DNA of 64,000 nt from Christensenellaceae bacterium (GCA_031259965.1 JAIRKT010000049.1:1991-65990); one strand, 5' to 3'. Counted from the first letter of the stretch, positions 8,332 through 19,583 are shown. Numbers and translations: made by a program. The notes: generated by a model from the sequence alone, not told the origin.

Positions 8332-9327
8332 TCATACATTTGTCTCTATAAATGTAATCTTACCTTCTATTTTTGTTAGCAACCCAGGTCTAATAAAAAA
8401 GGTATCACCTTTCTTTATGAGTCCACCATTAACAAAATTTGCACATCCTTCTATAGCAGTTAATATAATAACTTTATTTAAATCAACTAGCGAATAGCAA
8501 GAATTAACAACAACCTCACTAACATCAAAGTAATCAGTATTTACTAATTCACGCTTTACATAATCATCATTTTCAAATAATGATTTTATCGTTGGTTGTG
8601 CTTCATAAGCCTCAGTGCAAATGACATCCAGTGCTTTATCAATATGCAAATCTCTTTGCATCCCAAGCGTGTCTTTTCGGCCATAATCATAGATTCTGTA
8701 CGTGAGATTGCTGCTCTCTTGAATTTCTACTATTACAGCTCCTGCTAAAAGGGCATGTACCGTGCCTGATGGTATGAAAAAAAAGTCACCTTTTTTTATT
8801 TTTATTTTTTTTAATAGCTCACAAAATCTGTTTTCTGCTATAGCCAAACGCAATTCGTCTGAAGTTTGCTTTTTGTTAAACCCTAAATAAATGTAGGCAT
8901 TGCTCTGAGCCTCGGCCACATACCACATTTCTGTTTTTCCTAAAGGACAATGTTCTACCTCTCTTGCGTATTCATCGCTAGGGTGCACTTGTATAGACAA
9001 ATCTGCACTTGCATCAATTATCTTAATTAATGCAGGGAACACTCCAAACATATCAGCTCTTTTTCCTAATATCCCTTTAAATTTAAGATTTAATTGATTT
9101 AATGTATTGCCTGCATAAATCCCAGCTTGTACACACGATTCATTACCCTCAAGACAGGAGAGCTCCCAACTTTCTGCTATTCGCTCATAACCGTTCGGAT
9201 CTTTGCCCCACTCACTCGCTAGAAGTGACCCTCCCCATATATAATCTTTTAAAACTGGTTTTAAAAGCAATGGTGTATTTGGCACAGATTCTTGTATATT
9301 AGTTGTTTCATCTGTTTTAAGACTCAT
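8332..9327 (-). CDS. manA: Type I mannose-6-phosphate isomerase
   Basis: DYIWGG, AESWE, DLSIQVHP, GKTEMWY, GTVHA, EIQESSNLTYRIYDY. Confidence 0.92.
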   Translation of the reverse strand: MSLKTDETTNIQESVPNTPLLLKPVLKDYIWGGSLLASEWGKDPNGYERIAESWELSCLEGNESCVQAGIYAGNTLNQLNLKFKGILGKRADMFGVFPALIKIIDASADLSIQVHPSDEYAREVEHCPLGKTEMWYVAEAQSNAYIYLGFNKKQTSDELRLAIAENRFCELLKKIKIKKGDFFFIPSGTVHALLAGAVIVEIQESSNLTYRIYDYGRKDTLGMQRDLHIDKALDVICTEAYEAQPTIKSLFENDDYVKRELVNTDYFDVSEVVVNSCYSLVDLNKVIILTAIEGCANFVNGGLIKKGDTFFIRPGLLTKIEGKITFIETNV

Positions 9328-9776
9328 CTATTGAATTCTTTATCCTCTATAGCTTTTATTTTATCAACTCTAATAGCATGCCTGCCACCTGCAAATGTGC
9401 TTTGTAGATATTTCTCTACTAGTTTATATGCATCAGTGGAATCTGTAATTCTTCCACCCATAGCCATGATATTAGCATCATTATGTTCAACACACATCTG
9501 CGCTGAAAAAACATCCACCACATGAGCACAACGTATTCCTCTAAATTTGTTTGCAGCAATAGAGATACCTATACCAGTGCCACAAATTAATATGCCTTTG
9601 TCGGCTTCTCCGTTTCTTATAGCAAGCGCTACTTTCATTGCATAATCAGGATAATCAACAGATTCGTGTGAATACGTTCCATAATCAATGTATTCGTGTG
9701 AATTATCTACTATAGCACGGATTGTAGCATCTTTTAAATCTATTCCTCCATGATCACAACCTAAAGCTATTCTCAT
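9324..9776 (-). CDS. rpiB: Ribose-5-phosphate isomerase B
   Basis: GCDHGG, SVDYPDY, ICGTGIG, HNDAN, GGRH. Confidence 0.95.
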   Translation of the reverse strand: MRIALGCDHGGIDLKDATIRAIVDNSHEYIDYGTYSHESVDYPDYAMKVALAIRNGEADKGILICGTGIGISIAANKFRGIRCAHVVDVFSAQMCVEHNDANIMAMGGRITDSTDAYKLVEKYLQSTFAGGRHAIRVDKIKAIEDKEFNR

Positions 9777-9889
9777 TTTTGTACCGCCCAATTTAGTATC
9801 TGTTCTGTTTAAACATTTTAATGCAAGTCTACAGATTTATACAAGTTTAAAATCCATCGCTACTATGAATAGTATTAGAATTTATAGAT

Positions 9890-9918
9890 ATTATACATTA
9901 AAAAGGCTTTTTTTACAA
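9890..9918 (-). promoter_or_regulatory. sigmaA-like promoter of the rpiB operon
   Basis: TTGTAA-17 nt-TATAAT on the minus strand. Confidence 0.6.
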
Positions 9919-10224
9919 TAGTATTTTGATATATTATTCAAAACTTTAGTTTTTTTGATTATGTTTACTAAATATTAAACTTTATTACTTATTTTCTTTA
10001 GCAAATTATACCCGGATTTTTGTTTATCAAAAATCCCATTTTAATAAAAATAATCATTTTTGAAAAACTTTATTCCTTTTTGATGAGGTTTTTTTAATTT
10101 TTTAAAGAAGTTAAATGTTAAAACCATCTCTCTATCGTTTATAAAAGTTTTCAATAATCTGTATTGCATTTAGAGAAATAACTATTGTATTATGAGTTTT
10201 TAAATATCAGATTCGTAAATATGC

Positions 10225-10645
10225 ATTTTTTTTGACAGCCAGACAAACTAGGATTCCACATGAAAAGAACAAGCGTTTGCCACAAGTGCCCGTCCGTTCT
10301 CAGAGGGATTAATTTATACAATTTCATAATGAAAACTCGCACTCTTAAAATGTGGTGTAATTTGATTTAGGCCCTCTCAAACAACCCTTTGATGAGACTG
10401 GCACAAATTATCAACTCACCCAATTAAATAAGATTTGAACCATCAAACACGCCTACGTCACCCTGCAAAATTTGACTGAATATTTCACTAGAGATCAGTC
10501 ATATTACAGCGCGCGAAGAAAGTCTCTAACAGAGTTGGGATCAAATGTCATAGACTTATCGTAGCCTCGTAGACATTTTGCTCTTCTTTTATTTTTTTGT
10601 AGCTTCAAGACAATTTTCCTTCAACGACAAGATTTACAGATGTCA
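10225..10645 (-). pseudogene. Decayed Fic-family gene
   Basis: Manual translation across stops and frameshifts: IKEEQNVY..MTFDPNSVRDFLRA..QGDVGVFDGSNLI..LIKGLFE..FHYEIV*INPSENGR..LWQTLVLFMWNP (eroded HPFxDGNGR motif). Confidence 0.75.
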
Positions 10646-10654
10646 ATCTCTTAA

Positions 10655-11653
10655 CTAAAGAAATAAATTTCCTCCGCAAGCTTTTATAATGCGATTGTTT
10701 AATCCTGAAAACTTATCAGCCCCTTCATTAACATCAAAATATTGCAATATTATGTATCCATATTGCTTTTCTGCTTTTTTCATTTGTGCATATAGTTTTG
10801 CTGAATTTTCTTTATATGACAAACCCAGACTTAAGCAATTAAATTTATTATCAAATTTTGAAATAAAACCAGTTGATGCTATAATAACTGGGTCACTTTC
10901 TACATTGGATTCATATAGCAATTTGGCGGTTTCAGAAGATGCTACACAAGCACATGGTATCGTAGGTGCATAATGTTTATATTTCATGCCAGGCGCCATT
11001 GGTTTATCGATATTTGCATCAAACCTATCATCAACTATATCTAATACTGTTAGCAGGTCTGCTTTTGATATGCTACCTGGCCTTAAAATTGTAGGTATTT
11101 TGCTTGTCATATCTACAATCGTGCTTTCTATGCCCTGCGAACATGCACCACCATCCAATATTAAATTTATTCGTCCTTTCATATATTCATAGACATGTTG
11201 TGCAATTGTCGGACTAACTGAACCACTGACATTAGCGGATGGGGCTGCTATTGGAGTTTTTGCTTCACTAATTAATGCTAAAGCCATTTTATGATTTGGA
11301 ATTCTAACTCCTATTGTATCAAGCCCTGCAGTAACAATTTCAGGTATCTCACTTCTTTTATTCAAAATTAAAGTAAGAGGGCCTGGTGCGAATTTTTCAA
11401 ACAATTTTAAAACTAAACCTGATGGTTTTTTTGCAACCCTATCAAGATCGTCAATTTTTTCAATATGCACAATAAATGGATTATCCGCAGGCCTTCCTTT
11501 TGCTTCAAATATTTTCAAGCAAGCGCTGGCGTTGAATGCATCTGCACCCAAACCATAGACCGTCTCTGTTGGGAATGCTACTATCTCACCTTTTCTTATT
11601 AAGCGAGCAGCCTCCTTTAGTTTTTCAATGCCGCCTATTATAGTATTCATCAT
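10655..11653 (-). CDS. sua5: L-threonylcarbamoyladenylate synthase (Sua5/TsaC)
   Basis: AFPTETVYGLGA, KGRPADNP, APSAN, APGMKYKHYAP. Confidence 0.95.
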   Translation of the reverse strand: MMNTIIGGIEKLKEAARLIRKGEIVAFPTETVYGLGADAFNASACLKIFEAKGRPADNPFIVHIEKIDDLDRVAKKPSGLVLKLFEKFAPGPLTLILNKRSEIPEIVTAGLDTIGVRIPNHKMALALISEAKTPIAAPSANVSGSVSPTIAQHVYEYMKGRINLILDGGACSQGIESTIVDMTSKIPTILRPGSISKADLLTVLDIVDDRFDANIDKPMAPGMKYKHYAPTIPCACVASSETAKLLYESNVESDPVIIASTGFISKFDNKFNCLSLGLSYKENSAKLYAQMKKAEKQYGYIILQYFDVNEGADKFSGLNNRIIKACGGNLFL

Positions 11654-13494
11654 GTTAACTCGTAAATTACTCCAAGCCCATCCTCAACTGTTACTATAAC
11701 AGTCTCTATGTAATAACCATCATCTGTTAAATATGTGTCTATCGTAGAAACCGAAGTACACTTATTCTCTATTAAAATTTCCCCACTATTTGCTTTAAGT
11801 CCATATTTCGTATTCTCTCCCTCTGTCGCATATGTTACATATACGCCATTGCGCAGTATATAAACGTCTTCAACTAATTCTTCATCACCATTTTTGTTGA
11901 TTCTATAAAATTTACGCACTGTGTCATTCGCACCACCTGTTATGCGCGATCCAGTGGCGTAACCACCAAAAAAAGGTGTTAATTCAAAATATATGTATGG
12001 AAGAGCTTTCTCACCATTCATATTATATGCACCTGCATAAACGTCTGTGCTATCGTAACCTCTTTGAATGAGATTGAACGAAATTATCATATCATCGTGT
12101 GCTATTGACGTGTTAAAACCTTCAGTATCCTTTACATCCTCTATAATTATGCGCTTTCCATAATATGTGTGATAATCAGCACTCATCGGGGTTAATCCAA
12201 AATTTGGATCACCATTGTATAAGCCGACACCATCAACAAATAAAAGTGGCATTATTGTAGCTAAATCCCTTCCGCGCGCGCTTGTATCATATATTGAATA
12301 GGTAATAGGCCAGGATTCCAACAAACCAAAATTTTGGTAGTAATAATAATAAACTATTGAATAACCATCCTTTACAGCACTACTCATAGGCACAACTGGC
12401 AAATAATATTTTCCTTTACCATCAAATTCATCTACGTCATATGATGAATTCAACAAATCTGTCATTGAACGCAGATAATTATCAGTGTACTTATTGGCCA
12501 CTAACGCAATTCTATCTTTTATTTCAAAGCTTTTATAACTCTTTGTTGTATATGACGCACTCTTAATTGTTATGTATTTGTATGTTCCACTTGAATCCTG
12601 CTCATACCAATCATACACACCAGTATTTGTAGTGGTAGTATATACTCCTGATATTATGAACCAATTATTGCCTATATAACTAGCTTCTGTATTAACTAAG
12701 GTTTCTGTATACCCCGCACTTAAATCAAACGGAGAAAAACTCCCCTTTAAAACAAAAGAGCCATCTTTTGAAATTTCATTTATCTTATAAAATCGTACTA
12801 TGTTTGTATAGGTAGAGAGTAGATTTCCATCAAAATATTTGAATGTGGTCTCGTTTACTACATCGGCTATAACACCAATTTCTAATAAGGTTACGCCCCC
12901 TGATGATACGTAGTCGTATACTGTAGCATAAGTGTATGTTATTGCTGAATCACCAGTTAAATATTTATGTCCCAATGTAACCAATAAAGTATCGTTTAAA
13001 AAGACGTACTGTGTTATGGCTGGTAAATATACACAAGAAAAACCATATTCCTTACCAGCATACTCGCCACGTATCTTAACGACACCAATATACACCTTGG
13101 TCTCACTAATATCACCAATAGCTACTCGTCTTGCAACTATTGCATAATCTCCATTTATATCTAGAACTGACTCATAACGTGGTTCAATTAAAATCCCTTC
13201 CTCTACAGACGCAAAACCATAGAGAGTGGTTTCAGTATTACCAAACGTCAACCCCTTTTCAGCCATTATATATATTCCAGAACTATAATGATAGGAAGTA
13301 AAAACTATCTCTCGCCCTTCAAAATTTTCGTAGTCTTTAAGATTTAGTGCAATGCTCGCATTACTATAACCATCATGTGATATGAAGTTTTTAAAATATG
13401 TGTCGAAAGCTTCAACATTGTTATTAGATGAACATCCTGTTAATATTGACAAAACAATCAGGATGCAAAATAGAATTAGGAATATTCTCTTCAT
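11650..13494 (-). CDS. Lipoprotein, beta-rich, with WG-repeat-like segments
   Basis: Lipobox LTGC; YGF...ILIEPRY and YGL..GEILIE segments. Confidence 0.65.
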   Translation of the reverse strand: MKRIFLILFCILIVLSILTGCSSNNNVEAFDTYFKNFISHDGYSNASIALNLKDYENFEGREIVFTSYHYSSGIYIMAEKGLTFGNTETTLYGFASVEEGILIEPRYESVLDINGDYAIVARRVAIGDISETKVYIGVVKIRGEYAGKEYGFSCVYLPAITQYVFLNDTLLVTLGHKYLTGDSAITYTYATVYDYVSSGGVTLLEIGVIADVVNETTFKYFDGNLLSTYTNIVRFYKINEISKDGSFVLKGSFSPFDLSAGYTETLVNTEASYIGNNWFIISGVYTTTTNTGVYDWYEQDSSGTYKYITIKSASYTTKSYKSFEIKDRIALVANKYTDNYLRSMTDLLNSSYDVDEFDGKGKYYLPVVPMSSAVKDGYSIVYYYYYQNFGLLESWPITYSIYDTSARGRDLATIMPLLFVDGVGLYNGDPNFGLTPMSADYHTYYGKRIIIEDVKDTEGFNTSIAHDDMIISFNLIQRGYDSTDVYAGAYNMNGEKALPYIYFELTPFFGGYATGSRITGGANDTVRKFYRINKNGDEELVEDVYILRNGVYVTYATEGENTKYGLKANSGEILIENKCTSVSTIDTYLTDDGYYIETVIVTVEDGLGVIYELT

Positions 13495-13584
13495 ATTAAA
13501 ATTATACCATACATTTTAGAATGTAACTAAAATTTGTTAGATTACTTTGCTGTTAATAAACTGAACATTTGCTAATTTAAATTC

Positions 13585-13623
13585 AAAACCCGCTCTCTTA
13601 TTTAGTTTAATAAGAGAACGGGT
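13585..13623 (-). terminator. Intrinsic terminator
   Basis: ACCCG.TCTCTTATT/AATAAGAGA.CGGGT stem followed by a T run on the minus strand. Confidence 0.8.
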
Positions 13624-13634
13624 ATGCCTTTTGT

Positions 13635-16600
13635 TTATTTTTTTCGGTTTTTCTTTTGTGGCCTTGGTTTAAACTTAGGCGTCCCTTGTTTTGGATTATC
13701 TGGTGATGCCTTTTTAACGACTGACGGATCAATTGTTATTTTAGGTGCGACTGGTTTTTGCGCAATATCAAAATCATCCGAAAACTCTGAATCATCAATT
13801 TCTTCCTTATCTGAAATCAATGGTGATTCGTCTACAGAAGGAGCATTAACTTGAATTGAACTAATAACTTTAACTGGTCTCGCTCTGTCAATCTTCTTTT
13901 TAATGCGTCTCCAGATAATAACTACTATGACAACTATAAGGATTGCACCTATTACAATTGATGAAATAAGGAACCAAACTTCTGGATTAATTTTGTTTGT
14001 ATTTTCATCACCATCACCATCATTATTATCTACCTCATCATCAGCAGGAGAAGATGCCGCAAATTTATATGTTGCATAAGGTTTTGTGTATTTGTCTTCC
14101 TCTGTTAGATTTTCGTATTTTTCAGAATATTCATCATATTCGTCAGAAGTTTCTAATTGTGCAACTGTAACATCATCAATTATCAACAAACCTCTAAAAA
14201 AGTTGTCTGCAACTGAGGATGTAGAAGCACTAGAATTCGTTCCCAAATGGAATGATATATTATTACCAGAGACCGCATTAGTAGGATCCGCATTATATAC
14301 ATAGAAAGTATATTCTGTAACAACTTCACGTCCATATGAGCCAGGGATGCGAATAGTCGACCATTTGGTAGTATCATTGCCATACTCAAAGCGGAACTCT
14401 GCATATGAATTTTCATCTTGAAACCATGTCTTTGCTGTGAATGTTATTTTGTAATATGATTCAGCGGCCAAAGATATGGAAGTCTGCGACAAATAATATT
14501 GACCATTAACAATCAGGTTTCCCATTAACAAATAATGATTGCCATTTCCTGTATTACTAGTTAAGAAATTTACTAGATCCTGCTGAGTAGCGTCTCCTAA
14601 CCAAATCTCTTTCTTTTCACCAGTCTCAGAATTTGACGCCATTATTGATCTAATAATATCGGATTCGGCATTAATTTTTCTCTTATCATATACACCATAT
14701 ATCATTGCAAGCTCACCATCGTCCTCTACAGAACTATCATAATCAGTACCTGTAGATGCTACATAATGTGTATAATCTTTAGGTGTACCACCTTGTGATG
14801 GGGAGGAGCTGGACTCTGCAGTATATAAATCAAAGGAATCTGTTGTATAATCTAATAACCTAAACATATACATATTTGTAAAGCATGAATAAACATCATC
14901 CAAATCTGATAAACTATAAAGTGTATAGGGTTTTAATTTGTTGTCATCCTCAGAATCATCGGATTCGCTATCACTATCTTCAGGTTCATCACTGTCATCC
15001 GTTCCTGAATTGCTATCTTCTGTTGAATCTTCTGTTTTTCCATATAGATACAATTCATATTCCTCTTTGGTCAAGGTTTTAAAGAGTATATCATCAAAAA
15101 ATACTGTACCCCTTGTTAATCCTTGTATAACTGTTAAGGTAGAATCATTTCCTTCTTCATCTTTTGGAACAAAACTTTCTGCATATTTATTTCCTAAAAA
15201 CAACTCGAGTTGGAATGATGCTGGAGTTACTAGAGTCTGCATATAGAAACGATATTGTACCCATTCACCTTTTGTGTCTATGTTTATAAACCCAATATAA
15301 TCACCATCTGTAGAGACTCCCAATGAATCTGTATCAGCAAAAATCTTTGAGGTATTATTAATTGTAATACTGGCTGTAGCACCTTCATTTGTTTTAACCC
15401 AGACAGCTAGCATATAATAACTATCAGCTGATAATGAAGTTGAAGATGCTGTATAACCACCTCTTGTATAATAATCAGAATGCAACATCAGTAAAGTGTC
15501 TGCATAACCACTTATATATTTTAAACCACTATCGGCATCAGCACCCGTATAGAAAATTTTACGATCGTCGTTTTCTTCAAGTCCTAATATGGCAGCATCA
15601 CTATATGTTTTGTAATCTATAACACCAAATTTTGCATCTTTTATGTGGTATTGATCGGTCAAATCAACTACATTACTAGCAGAGTTTTCTTCACCTTCTT
15701 CCTCTGGTGCCTCTGCACTATTTTTTAATGTAGTAGAATATGCAGAAATGCCTGTTATAATTCCCGAATCATAATCTGGCAAGGTTTCTGGTAAATATGC
15801 TGCTCTTACTTTGAAGCTTCCCACGCTGTAAATTTCTATTTTGAATTTGGGTGCAGAGCCACTAACAGGTTGTGCAACACGACCAATCAAGACATTATCT
15901 TTCTTCACAGGGTCAGCATCTGGGTTATCAGGATCAGGCCAACTAGCGCCATCAATATAAATCAGATATACCAAATTTTCTTTAGGATCAAGCGATGTGC
16001 CAGTTTTTCCACCAACTAAATATTTCCATGTTAAATACTGGTCACCTTCAGACAATCCAAATTCTTCGTCGTCTCCACTCGCAGTTGATATTGTCAAATT
16101 AGATGGTGCTGTAATTGCGTTTGTAGCAGAAGATAGTGTCCAACTGTTTGGAGACGCGCTACCTACTAATACGCCATTTTCATCAAATATTAATTCATCT
16201 CCATCTTTTGTTTCGTAATTTGTTGTAGATAGATCTGCAAAGTAACCATTTGTTATAGAATCTGTAGTCGATGGCAGATTAGAAATCTGCTTTTTTGTAG
16301 AATACGTATCGGTCACAGCAGAATTGTATTCAGTATAAGTTATTTTGCTTATAATAATGGCTGTTATATATGCTACGCCCTTTACATGTGTTGCAGGAGT
16401 AAAGATATCACCACTGCCCAGCTCGTATTTTAAATAATACTGCGTGTCATCTGTTGTTGAACCTCTTATTAAAAATGCTACTTCTGTCCATTCACCGTTT
16501 GTATTTAAAGAGGTTAATGTGGCTTGTGAGGTATCGGTATCATCATATATTGATATGGTCAAACCGAAGCCCGCTGCAATAGCATCAGTTCTAATCCACA

Positions 16601-19076
16601 TTGATATGCGGTAAAAATTATTTTTGAGTATAGTTTTATAATTTCTAACATCATCCTCCCCATCAACACTAGCCTTGGTTATAGAATTATAAACTAATGA
16701 TGTCGCCGTATATTCTTTATTGTATAACATTAACAAATCAAAAACAGATGGGTCTTTTCCATCTTCTAGCGTCACCTGTATGGGCGAGGCACCATATGGC
16801 TTTTTAAGTTCTGGTGAATTTAAAGTATCTCGAGCAAAAGCTTCCCATAGCTCTTCATCCGCTGCCGTCTTGCCATAAATAAGTCCCGCTAACGCACTAG
16901 CTTCACTACTTCTGTTGTCAACAAAGTCAAATTGCCATGGCGAGCTTCCTTCTTCTGTATAGTCAATATAACTGTTATTATCAAAAATACCGCCCTCGCT
17001 ATCATTACCAATCATATTAAACTCTTCAGTTTCTGTTAGATCGATAGGTGCTATAACATCATATGCGCTAGAATCATTGTCTAAAGGATTTTCGCCTATT
17101 ATGATTGAAATGTCGTCAAATATAACACCTCCAACCATTAGACCTTCACTTTCCCATTCACCTTCTCCATACCAAAATTCAAAATTTACTTTTCGATCCG
17201 ACAATTCGTTACCACGAATTTTAAAAGTAAGTTTCTGCCAACCACCTGGCACGTACAAATTGCCATCAGTAGTATCTTCTATATAATTTAGAGCGACAGT
17301 TGTTTTGATAAGCGAACCACTTTCAATAGAAGTTCCTGTTAATCTGAATTCTGCGGTATATGAACCTTCGCGTATAGCCTCGTTGTAATCATCTTTGGCT
17401 TTTTGCCAGGCTTTCATTTTATCATTATAATCAGTAATCTTTTGTTGATTTGTTGTACTGTTATAAGACGTCATTGCATTTTCGTATTCAGTAATTTTTT
17501 GTTGATTTTCTTCACTGTTATAAAAAGTCATTGCATTTTCATATTCAGTATCACCCGCAGCACCTTCAGCAAAATTATCGCGTTGTGGCTCTTCATAGAC
17601 AAAATTACTATCTTTCTGTGGTTCGTCATAGGTATAGTTACTATCTTTTTCAGGCATTGCATTGTCAAATTTGGGAACCCAAACGTATGCATAAACAGAT
17701 ATGTCATAATATTTGGATTTTTCTATCAAAAATTGCTGCGAACTTTTCATGCCTGCACCACTTATTGAAAAATCGGGATGATATATCATAAGTGCGGTGG
17801 TGTCTTTTAGTGTAGTAGCATCCCTTCCTACTGTATCATCAGATGCAATTGAATATAAGCCAAATATGCCATCTGTATTAAAAAAATCTTTCCAGTCTGG
17901 CGCACGAAAAGTAGTAGTCAGTGCTTTAAGCGAATCAGTAAATTCGTAACTGGGCGCTTCATCAGTTCCAGTGTTAACACGTGTATAGAGCTTCGACATA
18001 TCAACTAACCCACTTGTTGTCGTTGCACCGTCGTATGTTGGGAAACTGCTCGAAGTCGTCGAATCACTTGTCCCTACAATAACCGAATAATTATTATGCA
18101 TACCTGGTTTGACGCCATAGTAGTATTTCGAATTTGAGGTGTAACTACTATATGTGTATGCCTTATAATAAGTAAAAGTTTCGTCTGGAAAATATAGAGA
18201 TGTTACGGCTTCACTTTCATATACGCCTTCTCCACCCAAACGCTCACTTGCGGTTTTGTAAACAGAAGCGCCGTTTTCCTCTGTTATATCAGTTAATATT
18301 ATGTTATCAAAGAAAATATAACCTTTTGTAAGACGTGGATTTAAGTCCGCATCTGTTTGCGTACCTATATATTTCGGGCCATAGCCTAACCACAATTCTA
18401 CATAGAATGTTCTATTTTCAAAATTGTTTGCTTCAATATATATTGTATATGTTTTCCATGCATCTGAAGCATCAATAGCAGCAAATAAAACATACATCCC
18501 ACTATTAACAACTATATACGCACCTTGTAAATCATCAGATTTTTCAAGGAGTTGCGTAAAAATATCAATTTCTAATTTATAATATTTCCCTTGCTCAATT
18601 GTAACTGCAGAAGAATTCTTATAATAAACCGTACCTGCTGTCTCTAATCCAATTAACAAGGCATTCGTGTCTGTATATGCGTCATCTTCGCCTTTCGGAG
18701 TACGCGGTGAAATACCTGGTCCGTTTATCTCAATCTCAGTGATGATATCCCTCTTTTCACTGAAAACATCAGGTGAAACATCTATAACACCCATCTTTGC
18801 GTCACTATAGTAACTAGCAGCATTGTTCGCTGTCCAACCAGTAACTGTATTTTTGATATATGTTGCTGTGCCAGAAGAACTCGATGCGTTTTCAAATGTG
18901 CCATTTGTTATCAATAATGTATCAGTGGGCGTTGCAACTTCCTCTTCTTCCTCTTCGTTTGTAGGAGGAGGATCACAAGCCATAAAAACCATCAATGCTA
19001 AGATCATGAGTATCGCTACAAGTAACGTAAGCATACTACGTCTATTAATCATTTTTCCACCATTTGGATTTGTCAT
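13635..19076 (-). CDS. Giant acidic surface protein with repeated CBM4/9-like beta-sandwich units and a C-terminal TM anchor
   Basis: Lipobox-like FMAC; repeated NGxF..W..YYxxxxW/Y..W..F...FDDI units; TM helix followed by RRIKKK. Confidence 0.7.
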   Translation of the reverse strand: MTNPNGGKMINRRSMLTLLVAILMILALMVFMACDPPPTNEEEEEEVATPTDTLLITNGTFENASSSSGTATYIKNTVTGWTANNAASYYSDAKMGVIDVSPDVFSEKRDIITEIEINGPGISPRTPKGEDDAYTDTNALLIGLETAGTVYYKNSSAVTIEQGKYYKLEIDIFTQLLEKSDDLQGAYIVVNSGMYVLFAAIDASDAWKTYTIYIEANNFENRTFYVELWLGYGPKYIGTQTDADLNPRLTKGYIFFDNIILTDITEENGASVYKTASERLGGEGVYESEAVTSLYFPDETFTYYKAYTYSSYTSNSKYYYGVKPGMHNNYSVIVGTSDSTTSSSFPTYDGATTTSGLVDMSKLYTRVNTGTDEAPSYEFTDSLKALTTTFRAPDWKDFFNTDGIFGLYSIASDDTVGRDATTLKDTTALMIYHPDFSISGAGMKSSQQFLIEKSKYYDISVYAYVWVPKFDNAMPEKDSNYTYDEPQKDSNFVYEEPQRDNFAEGAAGDTEYENAMTFYNSEENQQKITEYENAMTSYNSTTNQQKITDYNDKMKAWQKAKDDYNEAIREGSYTAEFRLTGTSIESGSLIKTTVALNYIEDTTDGNLYVPGGWQKLTFKIRGNELSDRKVNFEFWYGEGEWESEGLMVGGVIFDDISIIIGENPLDNDSSAYDVIAPIDLTETEEFNMIGNDSEGGIFDNNSYIDYTEEGSSPWQFDFVDNRSSEASALAGLIYGKTAADEELWEAFARDTLNSPELKKPYGASPIQVTLEDGKDPSVFDLLMLYNKEYTATSLVYNSITKASVDGEDDVRNYKTILKNNFYRISMWIRTDAIAAGFGLTISIYDDTDTSQATLTSLNTNGEWTEVAFLIRGSTTDDTQYYLKYELGSGDIFTPATHVKGVAYITAIIISKITYTEYNSAVTDTYSTKKQISNLPSTTDSITNGYFADLSTTNYETKDGDELIFDENGVLVGSASPNSWTLSSATNAITAPSNLTISTASGDDEEFGLSEGDQYLTWKYLVGGKTGTSLDPKENLVYLIYIDGASWPDPDNPDADPVKKDNVLIGRVAQPVSGSAPKFKIEIYSVGSFKVRAAYLPETLPDYDSGIITGISAYSTTLKNSAEAPEEEGEENSASNVVDLTDQYHIKDAKFGVIDYKTYSDAAILGLEENDDRKIFYTGADADSGLKYISGYADTLLMLHSDYYTRGGYTASSTSLSADSYYMLAVWVKTNEGATASITINNTSKIFADTDSLGVSTDGDYIGFINIDTKGEWVQYRFYMQTLVTPASFQLELFLGNKYAESFVPKDEEGNDSTLTVIQGLTRGTVFFDDILFKTLTKEEYELYLYGKTEDSTEDSNSGTDDSDEPEDSDSESDDSEDDNKLKPYTLYSLSDLDDVYSCFTNMYMFRLLDYTTDSFDLYTAESSSSPSQGGTPKDYTHYVASTGTDYDSSVEDDGELAMIYGVYDKRKINAESDIIRSIMASNSETGEKKEIWLGDATQQDLVNFLTSNTGNGNHYLLMGNLIVNGQYYLSQTSISLAAESYYKITFTAKTWFQDENSYAEFRFEYGNDTTKWSTIRIPGSYGREVVTEYTFYVYNADPTNAVSGNNISFHLGTNSSASTSSVADNFFRGLLIIDDVTVAQLETSDEYDEYSEKYENLTEEDKYTKPYATYKFAASSPADDEVDNNDGDGDENTNKINPEVWFLISSIVIGAILIVVIVVIIWRRIKKKIDRARPVKVISSIQVNAPSVDESPLISDKEEIDDSEFSDDFDIAQKPVAPKITIDPSVVKKASPDNPKQGTPKFKPRPQKKNRKK
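17431..17550. repeat. 57-bp in-frame tandem repeat (about 2.1 copies)
   Basis: tcagta at 17431, 17488, 17545; encodes TEYENAMTxYNSxxNQQKI twice. Confidence 0.85.
17584..17649. repeat. 33-bp in-frame tandem repeat (2 copies)
   Basis: tgtgg at 17584 and 17617; KDSNYTYDEPQ / KDSNFVYEEPQ. Confidence 0.8.
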
Positions 19077-19495
19077 AAAACTTAAATATGACTCCTTAAA
19101 ATATCATAAAAACAAGAGTAATGTTAAAAACCCGTTTTTTAGCAATATATATATTAACATAATTAGACATAAAAAACAACAAAATAATAACTAATATAGA
19201 AAATTCAAATCACTTATGTATAATTTCACATTCCTTTTTTTATCATTCATTCTATTCACTTTACTTTATTTCATAAAGCACAAAAAGTTAATGCAAATAT
19301 ATGAAAGACGCACCTTCTACTTTTAAAAATTAATTGACTCCACAAACAAAAAACAAAAATAATCCATATATCTTTAAAATGATTAAACTTTCTTTGTCGG
19401 TTGCAATTTGGTATTTAATAAAATATCTAGGCATCAATTATCCTAATTTTTGCAAACGGAACAAAGCAAGACTTTATATTATCAAGTAGATTTTT

Positions 19496-19525
19496 TTGAC
19501 TAAATGCGCTTTTAAATCGTATAAT
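19496..19525 (+). promoter_or_regulatory. sigmaA-like promoter of asd-dapA-dapB
   Basis: TTGACT-18 nt-TATAAT. Confidence 0.6.
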
Positions 19526-19583
19526 ATTAATGTGATCAAATATGATTATAAAATTGTTTTTTGATTTGGAGATTTCACATTTT

